Shown here piece by piece: positions 13,462 through 27,204 of a stretch of 64,000 nt of DNA. How positions within the stretch are numbered: position 1 is the first letter of the stretch; each line of letters starts with the position of its first letter. The translations under genes and the position numbers were made by a program. The notes under the pieces were generated by a model. It was not told where the DNA came from. It made no database searches and saw only the letters and a list, made by a program, of their open reading frames with translations. Origin of the DNA: Eledone cirrhosa (lineage: Eukaryota); contig OZ024742.1 of assembly GCA_964016885.1 (NCBI GenBank), forward strand, positions 295,864,001 through 295,928,000. The letters are read 5' to 3'.

Positions 13462-13822
13462 GTATATATATATGTATGTATATGTATGTATGTATATATA
13501 TATGTATGTATATGTATGTATGTATATATATATGTATGTATATATATATGTATGTATATATATATATATGTATGTATATATATATATATATGTATGTATA
13601 TATATATATGTATGTATGTATATATATATATGTATGTATATATATATATGTATGTATATATATATATGTATGTATATATATATATGTATGTATATATATA
13701 TATGTATGTATATATATATATGTATGTATATATATATATGTATGTATATATATATATGTATGTATATGTATGTATGTATATATATATATGTATGTATATA
13801 TATATATGTATGTATATGTATG

Positions 13823-13868
<46 letters not shown>

Positions 13869-14106
13869 TATATGTATGTATATGTGTATGTATATATATA
13901 TGTATGTATATGTGTATGTATATATATATATATATATGTATGTATATGTGTATGTATATATATATATATATATATATGTGTATGTATATATATATGTATG
14001 TATATATATATGTGTATGTATATATATATGTGTATGTATATATGTATGTATATATATATATGTATGTATATATATATGTATGTATGTATGTATATATATA
14101 TGTATG

Positions 14107-14141
<35 letters not shown>

Positions 14142-14146
14142 GTATG

Positions 14147-14179
<33 letters not shown>

Positions 14180-14656
14180 ATATATATGTATATATGTATG
14201 TGTATATATATGTATATATGTATGTGTATATATATGTATATATGTATGTGTATATATATGTATATATGTGTGTGTATATATATGTATATATGTATGTGTA
14301 TATATATGTATATATGTATGTGTATATGTATGTATGTATGTATGTATGTATATATATGTATGTATATATGTATATATATGTATGTATATATGTATATATA
14401 TGTATGTATATATGTATATATATGTATGTATATATATGTATATATATATATATATGTATGTATGTATGTATGTATATATATGTATGTATGTATGTATATA
14501 TATGTATGTATGTATATATATGTATATATATATGTATATATGTATATATATATATATGTATATATATATGTATGTATGTATATATATGTATATATATATG
14601 TATATATGTATATATATATATATGTATATATATATGTATGTATATATATATGTATG

Positions 14657-14687
<31 letters not shown>

Positions 14688-14710
14688 GTATGTATATATA
14701 TATATGTATG

Positions 14711-14741
<31 letters not shown>

Positions 14742-14756
14742 ATATATATATGTATG

Positions 14757-14787
<31 letters not shown>

Positions 14788-14832
14788 ATATATATATGTA
14801 TGTATATATATATATATATGTATGTATGTATG

Positions 14833-14863
<31 letters not shown>

Positions 14864-14902
14864 ATATATATATGTATGTATATATATATATGTATGTATA
14901 TG

Positions 14903-14934
<32 letters not shown>

Positions 14935-14942
14935 TGTATATG

Positions 14943-14974
<32 letters not shown>

Positions 14975-15006
14975 TATGTATATGTATGTATGTATGTATA
15001 TATATG

Positions 15007-15066
<60 letters not shown>

Positions 15067-15074
15067 TATATATG

Positions 15075-15125
<51 letters not shown>

Positions 15126-15183
15126 GTATATATATATATGTATGTATATAAATGTATATATATATATGTATGTATATAAATGT

Positions 15184-15217
<34 letters not shown>

Positions 15218-15246
15218 GTATGTATGTATATGTATATATATGTATA

Positions 15247-15284
<38 letters not shown>

Positions 15285-15308
15285 TATGTATATATATATA
15301 TATATATG

Positions 15309-15379
<71 letters not shown>

Positions 15380-15380
15380 A

Positions 15381-15411
<31 letters not shown>

Positions 15412-15438
15412 GTCTATGTATATATATATATATATATG

Positions 15439-15505
<67 letters not shown>

Positions 15506-15512
15506 ATGTATG

Positions 15513-15543
<31 letters not shown>

Positions 15544-15550
15544 ATATATG

Positions 15551-15581
<31 letters not shown>

Positions 15582-15685
15582 ATATATGTATATATATGTA
15601 TATATATGTATATGTATATGTATGTATATATATGTATATATATATATATGTATGTATATATATGTATATATATATATATGTATGT

Positions 15686-15726
<41 letters not shown>

Positions 15727-15753
15727 TATATGTATGTATATATATGTATATAT

Positions 15754-15794
<41 letters not shown>

Positions 15795-15813
15795 TATGTA
15801 TGTATATATATGT

Positions 15814-15853
<40 letters not shown>

Positions 15854-15855
15854 GT

Positions 15856-15892
<37 letters not shown>

Positions 15893-16060
15893 AATGTATG
15901 TATATATATGTATATATGTATGTATATATATGTATATATATATGTATATGTATGTATATATATGTATATATATATGTATATATATGTATATATATATGTA
16001 TATATATGTATATATATATATATATATATATGTCTATGTATATATATATATATATATATG

Positions 16061-16112
<52 letters not shown>

Positions 16113-16135
16113 TGTATATATATATATATATATAA

Positions 16136-16234
<99 letters not shown>

Positions 16235-16594
16235 TGTATGTATATATATATATATGTATGTATATATATATATATATGTATGTATATATATATATATATA
16301 TGTATGTATATATATATATATATGTATGTATATATATATGTATATATATATATATGTATGTATATATATATATATGTATGTATATATATGTATATATATA
16401 TATATATATATGTATGTATATATATGTATATATATATATATATATATGTATGTATATATATGTATATATATATATATATATATGTATGTATATATATGTA
16501 TATATATATATATATGTATGTATATATATGTATATATATATATATATGTATGTATATATATGTATATATATATATATATGTATGTATATATATG

Positions 16595-16634
<40 letters not shown>

Positions 16635-16650
16635 TGTATGTATATATATG

Positions 16651-16681
<31 letters not shown>

Positions 16682-16705
16682 ATATATGTATATATATATA
16701 TACAT
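12724..16705. repeat. ~4-kb (TA)n/(TATG)n alternating purine-pyrimidine tract
   Basis: Direct reading; rare interruptions (TGTCTA, TAAAT). Confidence 0.98.
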
Positions 16706-17111
16706 AGAGATGACCCCTTAGCCTTTGTCAAGGCAGAATTCTAGGAGAAGGAAAACTCTGATATAACACCTGCAACCCTGATGGTATCCAATGATGTTGA
16801 CTTGTTCTTCTCTTTGGTAAATATCATCTTGGTTAAGAGAGTGGGACTGGCTTTGTGCAGTGCCTTTGCTCACTATAAAAGCTTCACGGCACAGGCATTG
16901 CTTTATATCTGGAGATCTCTCTGCACTTGTCGTCACATGGTACCATGGGCCCAGCACTATGTGTCAATAATTGTCACAAGTGTAGTGTTTGTACCAGAGT
17001 TTTCAAGTCACTGGCTGGACTAAAAAGTCACACTCGTTCAGCGCATCGGTAGGGGTTCTCCTACATGGATATAAAGTAGTGGCCGTACTCGAAAACGAGT
17101 TGGCAGCCACC
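16706..17111 (+). mobile_element. Element A copy 2 (5'-truncated)
   Basis: Matches 2060-2467. Retains an intact C2H2 reading [23 protein letters not shown]-stop. Confidence 0.88.
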
Positions 17112-17267
17112 ATATATATATATATATATGTATGTATATATATGTATATATATATATATATGTATATATATATGTATATATATATATGTATATATATATA
17201 TGTATATATATATATGTATATATATATATGTATATATATGTATGTATATATATGTATATATATGTAT

Positions 17268-17321
<54 letters not shown>

Positions 17322-17417
17322 GTATATATATATATATGTATGTATATAGATGTATATATATATATGTATGTATATATATGTATATATATATATGTATGTA
17401 TACATATGTATGTATAC

Positions 17418-17477
<60 letters not shown>

Positions 17478-17479
17478 GT

Positions 17480-17533
<54 letters not shown>

Positions 17534-17846
17534 GTATATATATATATGTATGTATATGTATGTATATATATATGTATATATATGTGTGTATGTATATATG
17601 TATATATATGTGTGTATGTATATATGTATATATATGTGTGTATGTATATATGTATATATATGTGTGTATGTATATATGTATATATATGTGTGTATGTATA
17701 TATGTATATATATGTGTGTATGTATATATGTATATATATGTGTGTATGTATATATATATATATATATATGTATGTATATATATATATATGTATGTATATA
17801 TGTATATATATGTATGTATGTATATATGTATATATATGTGTGTATG

Positions 17847-17881
<35 letters not shown>

Positions 17882-18295
17882 GTATGTATATATATATATA
17901 TATATATATGTATATGTACAATATATTTAGAAACACACAGATACATGCGGGGACACACATATACATGAATGCATCCGCACCCAACCCTGAGTTAAGGGTG
18001 CCAACCTCACCGATGTTGCTCAATGAATGACTGGGACAGACCAATCCGGTTGAACTAGACTGAACCAGTATCAGAGTTAAAATTACATTATGAAGAGAGA
18101 AGAAACATTTAGATATAATTAGTAATATGTATATATATATATATATGTATATGTATGTATATATATATATATGTATATGTATGTATATATATATATATGT
18201 ATATGTATGTATATATATATATATGTATATGTATGTATATATATATATATATATATGTATATGTATGTATATATATATATATATGTATATGTATG

Positions 18296-18392
<97 letters not shown>
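17112..18392. repeat. (TA)/(TATG) tracts interrupted by an unassigned ~200-bp unique segment (17920-18125)
   Basis: Direct reading. Confidence 0.9.
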
Positions 18393-18393
<1 letters not shown>

Positions 18394-19246
18394 TCATCAT
18401 CATCATCATCAACGTTTAACGTCCCGTGTTCCACGCTTGCATGGGTTTGGACGGGGGTAGTCCCACTTGAGGCAAGAGTGATTGTCTTGCTCGCATAGGA
18501 CTGTCTGGCAGGTTTTCTACAGTTGGATGCCCTTCCTAACACCAACCACATTTAGAGTGTGGGTCTGGGAGGTTTTTACTGTGTTGCCTACACGGCCACA
18601 TTACAGCGTGGACTGTGTGTTTTTTTGTCGTGACACCTACACGATCTCATTTGTTTCGGCCTGGATGGTGCGGCACCAACATAACTTTACATAGAACGGG
18701 GTGGTGTGGATGGGGTGGGGGTGGGGGTGGTGGGACGGGGTGTATTTTGTTAGAGATGCCTACTGGCTGGAGTAGGTTTTACTATATATATTTAGGTAAG
18801 GCGGGTCTTCTCTGTTACTGAGTACCGCCAAAGGTCTCGGTCCAGTGACATTGTCTTGGAGAGGTGTAAGTGTGTGATGTCGGAGTTTATCAGCTCGTCC
18901 CAGGTTTTTCTAGGTCTGCCTATTCCGTGACTACCGTCTATCTTTATTGCCCTGCACTTTGTTATACAGCTATCGACTTTCATGCGCATCACGTGTCCAT
19001 ACCAACGTAGCCTTCCCTCGAGTAAACAACATCTGATCCCTCTTATCTCTAATTTTTTTCCTTAGTTCGTTTCTGCTTTGCCGTTCACGTATATTACTGT
19101 TACACATCCAGCGGAGCATGCAAGCTTCGTTCCTCTCTAGTCTGCGTATATCCTCTGCACACAATGCCCAGGTCTCACTGCCATGCAACATTGCTGTTCG
19201 TATGCAGGCATCGTACAACCTGCCTTTCATTTTTAGGGAGAACCCT
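18393..19246 (-). mobile_element. 5'-truncated RTE-PHD alpha copy
   Basis: [33 protein letters not shown]; (ATC)n tail at 18393. Confidence 0.92.
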
Positions 19247-19489
19247 ATGTATATATATATATGTATGTATGTATGTATATATATGTATATATATGTATGT
19301 ATGTATGTATATATATGTATATATATATATGTATGTATGTATATATATGTATATATATATATGTATGTATGTATATATATGTATGTATGTATGTATATAT
19401 ATGTATATATATATATGTATATATATATATGTATGTATGTATGTATATGTATGTATGTATGTATATATATGTATATATATATATGTATG

Positions 19490-19564
<75 letters not shown>

Positions 19565-19587
19565 ATATGTATATATGTATATATATG

Positions 19588-19627
<40 letters not shown>

Positions 19628-19630
19628 TAT

Positions 19631-20549
19631 ATACGAACAGCAATGCTGCATGGCAGTGAGACCTGGGCATTGTGTGCAGAGGATATACGCAGACTAGAGA
19701 GGAACGAAGCTTGCATGCTCCGCTGGATGTGCAATAGTAATATACGTGAACGGCAAAGCATAAACGAACTAAGGAAAAAATTAGAAATAAGAGGGATCAG
19801 ATGTTGTTTACTCGAGAGAAGGCTACGTTGGTACGGTCACGTGATGCGCATGAAAGACGACAGCTGTATAACAAAGTGCAGGGCAATAAAGATAGACGGT
19901 AGCCACGGAATAGGCAGACCCAGAAAAACATGGGACGAGCTGATAAATTCCGACCTCACACGCTTACACCTCTCCAAGACAATGTCACTGGACCGAGACC
20001 TTTGGCGGTACTCAGTAATAGAGAAGACCCGCCTTACCTAAATACAAAGTAAAAACCTACTACAGTCAGTAGGCATCTCTATCAAAACACACCCCCGTCC
20101 CACCACCTCCACCCCATCCACACCGCCCCTTTCAATGTAAAGTTATGTTGGTCCCACAACATCCAGGCCGAAACAAATGAGATCGTGTAGGTGTCACGAC
20201 AAAAAAACACACAGTCCACGCTGTAAATGTGGCCGTGTAGGCAACACGGTAAAAACCTCCCAGCCCCACACTGTAAATGTGGTTGGTGTTAGGAAGGGCA
20301 TCCAGCTGTAGAAAACCCGCCAGACGGTCCACGCTGTAATGTGGCCGTGTAGGCAACACGGTAAAAGCCTCCCAGCCCCACACTGTAAATGTGGTTGGTG
20401 TTAGGAAGGGCATCCAACTGTAGAAAACCCACCAGACAGTCCTATGCGAGCAAGACAACCACTCTTGCCTCAAGTGGGAAAACCCCCGTCCAAACCCATG
20501 CAAGCGTGGAACACGGACGCTAAACCTGATGATGATGATGATGATGATG
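19631..20549 (+). mobile_element. 5'-truncated RTE-PHD alpha copy, head-to-head with 18393-19246; ~113-bp tandem duplication in the 3'UTR
   Basis: [18 protein letters not shown]-stop at 20041; (GAT)n tail 20528-20549. Confidence 0.92.
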
Positions 20550-21276
<727 letters not shown>

Positions 21277-21844
21277 GTATCCCAGTACAACCTGTCCCAT
21301 GGTCGGGTCGTTGGCGACTAAACTGGCAACCCCACCAAGGTTTCTTGGTGAGGAGGGTGACTTTGGACATCCTGCAGGACTAAAAACAAAACCTGCCAAA
21401 GGAGCTCTTAAGAGTCAATGGCCATCCAAAATCACCGGGAGAGATGACCCCTTAGCCTTTGTCAAGGCAGAATTCTAAGAGAAGGAAAACTCTGATATAA
21501 CACCTGCAACCCTGATGGTATCCAATGATGTTGACTTATTCTTCTTTTTGGTAAATATCATCTTGGTTAAGAGAGTGGGACTGGCTTTGTGCAGTGCCTT
21601 TGCTCACTATAAAAGCTTCACGGCACAGGCATTGCTTTATATCTGGAGATCTCTCTACACTTGTCGTCACATGGTACCAAAGGCCCAACACTATGTGTCA
21701 ATAATTGTCACAGGTGTAGTGTTTGTACCAGAGTTTTCAAGTCGCTGGCTGGACTAAAAGTCACACTTGTTTAGCGCATCGGTAGGGGTTCTCCTACATG
21801 GATATAAAGTAGTGGCCGTACTCGAAAACGAGTTGGCAGCCACC
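21277..21844 (+). mobile_element. Element A copy 3
   Basis: Matches copy 1 from GTATCCCAGTAC to GGCAGCCACC. Confidence 0.88.
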
Positions 21845-22049
21845 ATATATATATGTAAGTATGTATGTATATATATATATGAATGTATGTATGTATATAT
21901 ATATATGAATGTATGTATGTATATATATATATGAATGTATGTATGTATGTATATATATATGAATGTATGTATGTATGTATGTATGTATGTATGTATGTAT
22001 ATATATGAATGTATATATGTATGTATGTATGTATATATGTATATGAATG

Positions 22050-22083
<34 letters not shown>

Positions 22084-22137
22084 TATATATATATATATGA
22101 ATGTATATATGTATGTATGAATATATGTATGTATGTA

Positions 22138-22726
22138 TACTGGTAACATGTATTCCAGTACAACCTGTCCCACGGTCGGGTCGTTGGCGACTAAACTGGC
22201 AGCCCCACCAAGGTTTCTTGGTCAGGAGGGTGACTTTGGACATCCTGCAGGACTAAAAACAAAACCTGTCAAAGGGCAAAGGACCTCTTAAGAGTCAATG
22301 GCCATCCAAAATCACCGGGAGAGACGACCCCTTCGCCTTTGTCAAGGCAGAATTCTAGGAGAAGGAAAACTCTGATATAACACCTGCAACCCTGATGGTA
22401 TCCAATGATGTTGACTTGTTCTTCTTTTTGGTAAATATCATCTTGGTTAAGAGAGTGGGACTGGCTTTGTGCAGTGCCTTTACCCACTATAAAAGCTTCA
22501 CAGCACAGGCATTGCTTTATATCTGGAGATCTATCTGCACTTGCCGTCACATGGTACCATGGGCCCAGCACTATGTGTCAATAATTGTCACAAGTGTAGT
22601 GTTTGTACCAGAGTTATCAAGTCACTGGCTGGACTAAAAAGTCACACTCGTTAAGTGCATCGGTAGGGGTTTCTCCTACATGGATATAAAGTAGTGGCCA
22701 TACTCGAAAACGAGTTGACAGCCACC
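22138..22726 (+). mobile_element. Element A copy 4, head-to-tail with copy 3 across a (TATG)/(GAAT) tract
   Basis: Matches copy 1 from TACTGGTAAC. Confidence 0.88.
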
Positions 22727-22830
22727 ATGTATGTATATATATATATATATATGAATGTATATATGTATGAATGTATATATGTATGTATGTATATATGTAT
22801 GTATGTATATATATATATATATATGAATGT

Positions 22831-23117
22831 ATCATCATTCATCATCATTTCATTTTACGTCCACTTTTCCCTGCTTGCAAGGGTGGGACGGGAACTGATT
22901 CTGGCTTGATTTCTACAGCTGGATGCCCTTCCTAACACCAACCTCATTTACAGTGAGTGCTGGGTGCTTTTTTGCCGTGGCACCTCCACGACCACTTTAC
23001 AGTCTCTATCATCTCATTTCTACAGCTGAGTAAACTGGAGCAATGTGAAATAAAGTGTCTTGCTCAAGGAAACAATACATCACCTGGTCTGAGAATTGAA
23101 CTCACAACCTTTCGATG
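22831..23117 (-). mobile_element. tRNA-head SINE with RTE-PHD-beta-type 3' tail (5'-truncated)
   Basis: Similar to 51321-51650. B-box-like GAGTTCAATTC on the minus strand; tail shared with 49065-49330. Confidence 0.75.
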
Positions 23118-23132
23118 TGCCATGTCCCTCCA

Positions 23133-23165
<33 letters not shown>

Positions 23166-23269
23166 ATATATATATGTATGTATGTATATATATATATATA
23201 TTTGTATGTATGTATGTCATCATCATCATCACCATTTTACATCTGCTTTTCCCCGCTTGCAAGCTATGT

Positions 23270-24927
23270 ATATATCTCTTACTCTTTTACCTGTTTCAGC
23301 CATCCCGATGAGGCCATGCTGGGGCACCACCCTTGTTGCTACACATTTTATCTCCAGCCTGTATAGGTTGGCCACTTGTAAGAGGGAGTTTGTTGCTGCT
23401 GCCCTTAGGTTTCCCCTCTATCTTGCTGTGGGCTCATCCGGGATCCTGGACAACAAGGCGTCGAGATGTTTCTTGAAGACATCCACCTCCACGTCATGCA
23501 AATCTCTCAGATCCCTCGGCAGTCTGTTGAAGAGTTGAGGGCCCTTGAATCCCAGGCTATTGCAATACCTGCTCCTTATTCTAGATGTGGAACCACACAG
23601 TGACGTCCTGTTCGACGGTTGGTCCAGCTCCCAATGCCAAAGTTTGGTGCTAGTCCCTCCAGGATTTTCCACATGTAGATCACTGAGTATCTCTCCCGTC
23701 TTCGCTCCAAGGAGTAGAGGTTCAGTTCCTTTAGCCTCTCCCAGTAGCTTGTCTCCCTCATCTCAGCAATCCTATTGGTGTAGCTTCGCTGGATTGCCTC
23801 AAGCTCCGTGGTTAGTTTGACAGTATGGGGTGACCACAACTGGGAGCAGTAGTCCAGGTGGCTTAGGACAAATGTCCTCCATAGTGTCAACATGCTGTCT
23901 CGATCTCTTGTCCGAAAAGTCCTCAAGATGTAGCCAGCGAGTTGTCTGCACATTGTCGCCACTCTCATGATGTGTGAAGGAAAAGATGCATCATTGCTCA
24001 TGTCTATGCCCTGGTCTCATATCGATTTTGACACAGGGATATCGGTCCCTCCTGGTCCTGTGTAGTTGTGTTCCACTATATTTGTGTTTGCAGGTTTATT
24101 TGGAGGTTTGTATTGTAGGGCTTGGAATTTGCCAGCATTAAACTGCATGTTGTTTTCTTCTGCCCATTTGTATATGGCATCCAGATCCTGCTGTAAAAGG
24201 TCAGCGTCAGCCGGGTTTTTGATTGCCTGTGTGACCTTAGTGTCATCAGCATAGCTAGTGAGGGATGTTGTTGTATGTACTACAGAGGGCATGTCTGAGA
24301 GAGCCACCAAAAACAGTAATGGTCCCAGGACTGTCCCCTGGGGCACCCCACTTGTTATTGGTATTTCCTTTGAGAGGGCCCCATTTGCTGCGACTGCCTG
24401 GCTTCTATCCTTTAGGAAGTCATGCAGCCACTCACCTACTTTTCCAGTTATGCCGAGTCCATGTAGTTTGTGACATATCATTCTGTGGTCGACCTTGTCA
24501 AAGGCCTTTACAAAGTCAAGATATATTACGTCCACATGTGAGCTGTCTAGTAGTTGTCTCAGTACCCAGTCATAGTGATGTAGCAGCTGTGTAAGGCAGC
24601 TTCTTCCTGGGTGGAAGCCATGTTGCATGCTAGTCAGGCGGTCATTTTCCTCGAGGAAAGTGATCAGTTCCTTTCTGACGACTCGCTCCATGACCTTACT
24701 GATATGCGACGTCAGGGAGACTGGCCTATAGTTTTTGGCCTCCACTCTGCTACCTTCTTTATGGATAGGGCATATTGTGCCTTCTTTCAGCTCCCTGGGT
24801 AGTACACCGCTAGCCAAGGAGCTTCTGAAGAGCATCTTCAGTGGAGTTGCTAAGGCCTGCTTACATATTTTTAAGAGAACTGCTGGGAATCCATCAGGTC
24901 CAGCAGCCGAGTCTGTTCTAATTTCAT
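23270..24927 (-). mobile_element. 5'-truncated CR1-group LINE, second family, frameshifted RT
   Basis: [57 protein letters not shown]. Confidence 0.9.
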
Positions 24928-24980
24928 CAAACTCCCTCTTACACCAGTGGCCAACCTATACAGGCTGGAGATAACCATTG

Positions 24981-24981
24981 A

Positions 24982-25015
<34 letters not shown>

Positions 25016-25060
25016 TATATATGTATATATGTATGTATGTATGTATGTAAGTATGTATGT

Positions 25061-25094
<34 letters not shown>

Positions 25095-25131
25095 ATGTAA
25101 GTATGTATGTATGTATATATATACATGTATG

Positions 25132-25162
<31 letters not shown>

Positions 25163-25315
25163 ATATATATATATACATGTATGTATATATGTATGTATGT
25201 ATGTATATATATATATATACATGTATGTATATATGTATGTATGTATGTATGTATATATATATATACATGTATGTATATATGTATGTATGTATGTATATAT
25301 ATATATACATGTATG

Positions 25316-25349
<34 letters not shown>

Positions 25350-25384
25350 TATATATGTATGTATATATGTATGTATTTATGTAT
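24981..25384. repeat. (TA)/(TATG)/(TACATG) tract
   Basis: Direct reading. Confidence 0.95.
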
Positions 25385-26040
25385 GTTCTTCTGGTTTTAT
25401 AATTTCACAAAGTTTTTACCAATAGAGAGAGAGTCAGTTTCTAACATAGACACAAGACTCTCTCATTGGAATTTACACAACATCAACTAGGTAGATATGT
25501 ATGTATGTCTGCATGCATGCATGTGTAGATATGGATGTTATTGTATGTGTGGATGTGGATGTTTTGAGTTGTATGTGTGCATGTGTATATGCGTTGTATC
25601 TGTACATGTGTATATGCAGTTATCAGATGCAAAATTTTTGGAATGTTTTACATATTTTTACTGTTCCATTAATGGATTGTACTTGTAATTTCCTATCTAA
25701 TTGTGTTCTTTCTGTTCCTGTGAAGCCTAGCTTCTCAAGATTTGTATTGAGGCAGTATCTAACATATCCCAGTGCCCCAATAATCACAGGCATAAATCTG
25801 AAGGTGTAATCAGGGTGGAGTATCTGCAGATTTCTCATCAGTTCTGCATAAATATTTTCCTTTTCACTAATCTTTGATATTATATTGGCTTCTGCTGGGC
25901 AGCTAATTTCCACTACTGTGCATGTTTTCTTCTATCATAATATCATAATATCTGGTCTGTTATGCCTGCATTTTATTGGGGTTTTTACTGGAACATTCCA
26001 CCAGCACTCTTTCATATTATGTACATGGATGTCTTCCACA
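25385..26040 (-). mobile_element. 3' fragment of a restriction-like-endonuclease non-LTR element (R4/Dong-like)
   Basis: Minus-strand reading WWNVPVKT..HNRPDI..VVEISCP..EKENIY..MPVIIGALG fits the PD-(D/E)xK RLE domain. The 3'UTR extent is approximate. Confidence 0.75.
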
Positions 26041-26784
26041 TATGTATGTATATATATATGTATGTATGAGGGAGCGTATAGATAGGACAACACACGCTGT
26101 CTTTTCGTGGGGTAAGTTTTTAATTAATTTTTGTATTCTGAAACATCAAAATACAACAATTTGTTGGTCACTGAACTCGGGAATGTCACGACAACAGTTT
26201 GTGGAAGTTACACAAATATTTTAGTATATTTTAGCAGAGCAATCCTTATTTATATTTTACATTTACTTACATCTCAATATAACATGGCTAAAATTCAAAT
26301 TTTGCAAAGAGAAGACAATGGTCAAATGAACTAGATACATCGCACTGTCCCCCACCACCACAATAACTTCTACACTCTCTCCCCACCATCACATGTCATT
26401 ACCCTATCTAGACTAAAGTCATCGACCTGTTGTCAAACTCTTTACTCTGTGTTGAATGTGTATATATATATACATATGTATGTATATGTGTGTATATACA
26501 TCTCTCAGTCAAACGACCAGATTTCAACCCCAACATCTACAACAACAACACCGGCACTAATGTTTACAGCAACAACAGCTTCAGAATGAACTGAAATGAA
26601 CATTTACAACAACAGCGGCATCAAAAGTTAAAAAAAAAAGAAAAAGAAGGTGAAAAAAAAAAAAAATTCAAAATAACAAAACACACACACACGCACACAA
26701 CACAACAACAACATCAACTGCCACCACCACCACTGCCGCCGCCGCCATCACCACCACCAGCGACCGGGCCTTAAGATAACAACT

Positions 26785-26950
26785 TTAATAATAATTTTTC
26801 TGCTTTTGGCACGGATCCAGCGACTGGCCCAGCGCATCACTGGTACTCTCTTTTGTTGACTCCGTGGTGATGAAAGGCAAGGTTGACCTCGGCGGGATTT
26901 GAGCTCAGAGCGTGGAGGGCCGTGACTCTATGCTGTAAAGCAATTATAAT
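26785..26950 (-). mobile_element. tRNA-derived SINE with Nin/Deu-like central domain (diverged)
   Basis: Reverse complement contains GAGCTCAAATCCCGCCGAGGTCAACCTTGCCTTTCATC..GTACCAGTGATGC. Confidence 0.7.
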
Positions 26951-27045
26951 AATACTGGACTGTAGTACGATCGGCTTCAACTATACAAACTCTTGAAAGT
27001 CAACAGTTGACATCATCTTGTAATCTTGTATCAGTAATGACGGTA

Positions 27046-27077
<32 letters not shown>

Positions 27078-27204
27078 AAGTGAGTAGAGTAGCGTATGTG
27101 TGTTTGTTTGTATGTATGAGTGTTGCTGTGTGCGCGCATATGTATGCGCGTGTGTGTATGTCGTACGTATAAATGTCAATAAGTGATTTTATTTTTATTT
27201 TTTT

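Noticed and set aside
12667-16731. Very long ORFs (up to 1354 aa) of Y/I/H/T or Y/I/M/C/V here and in all other satellite tracts
   Set aside because: Alternating purine-pyrimidine repeats cannot form TAA/TAG/TGA, so all frames stay open; there is no coding evidence.
16781-17023. Recurrent 80-aa ORF MVSNDVDLFF.. in element A copies as a small gene
   Set aside because: It overlaps RTE 5'UTR-derived sequence, is broken in copy 1 and shifted in copy 5; recurrence reflects copy identity.
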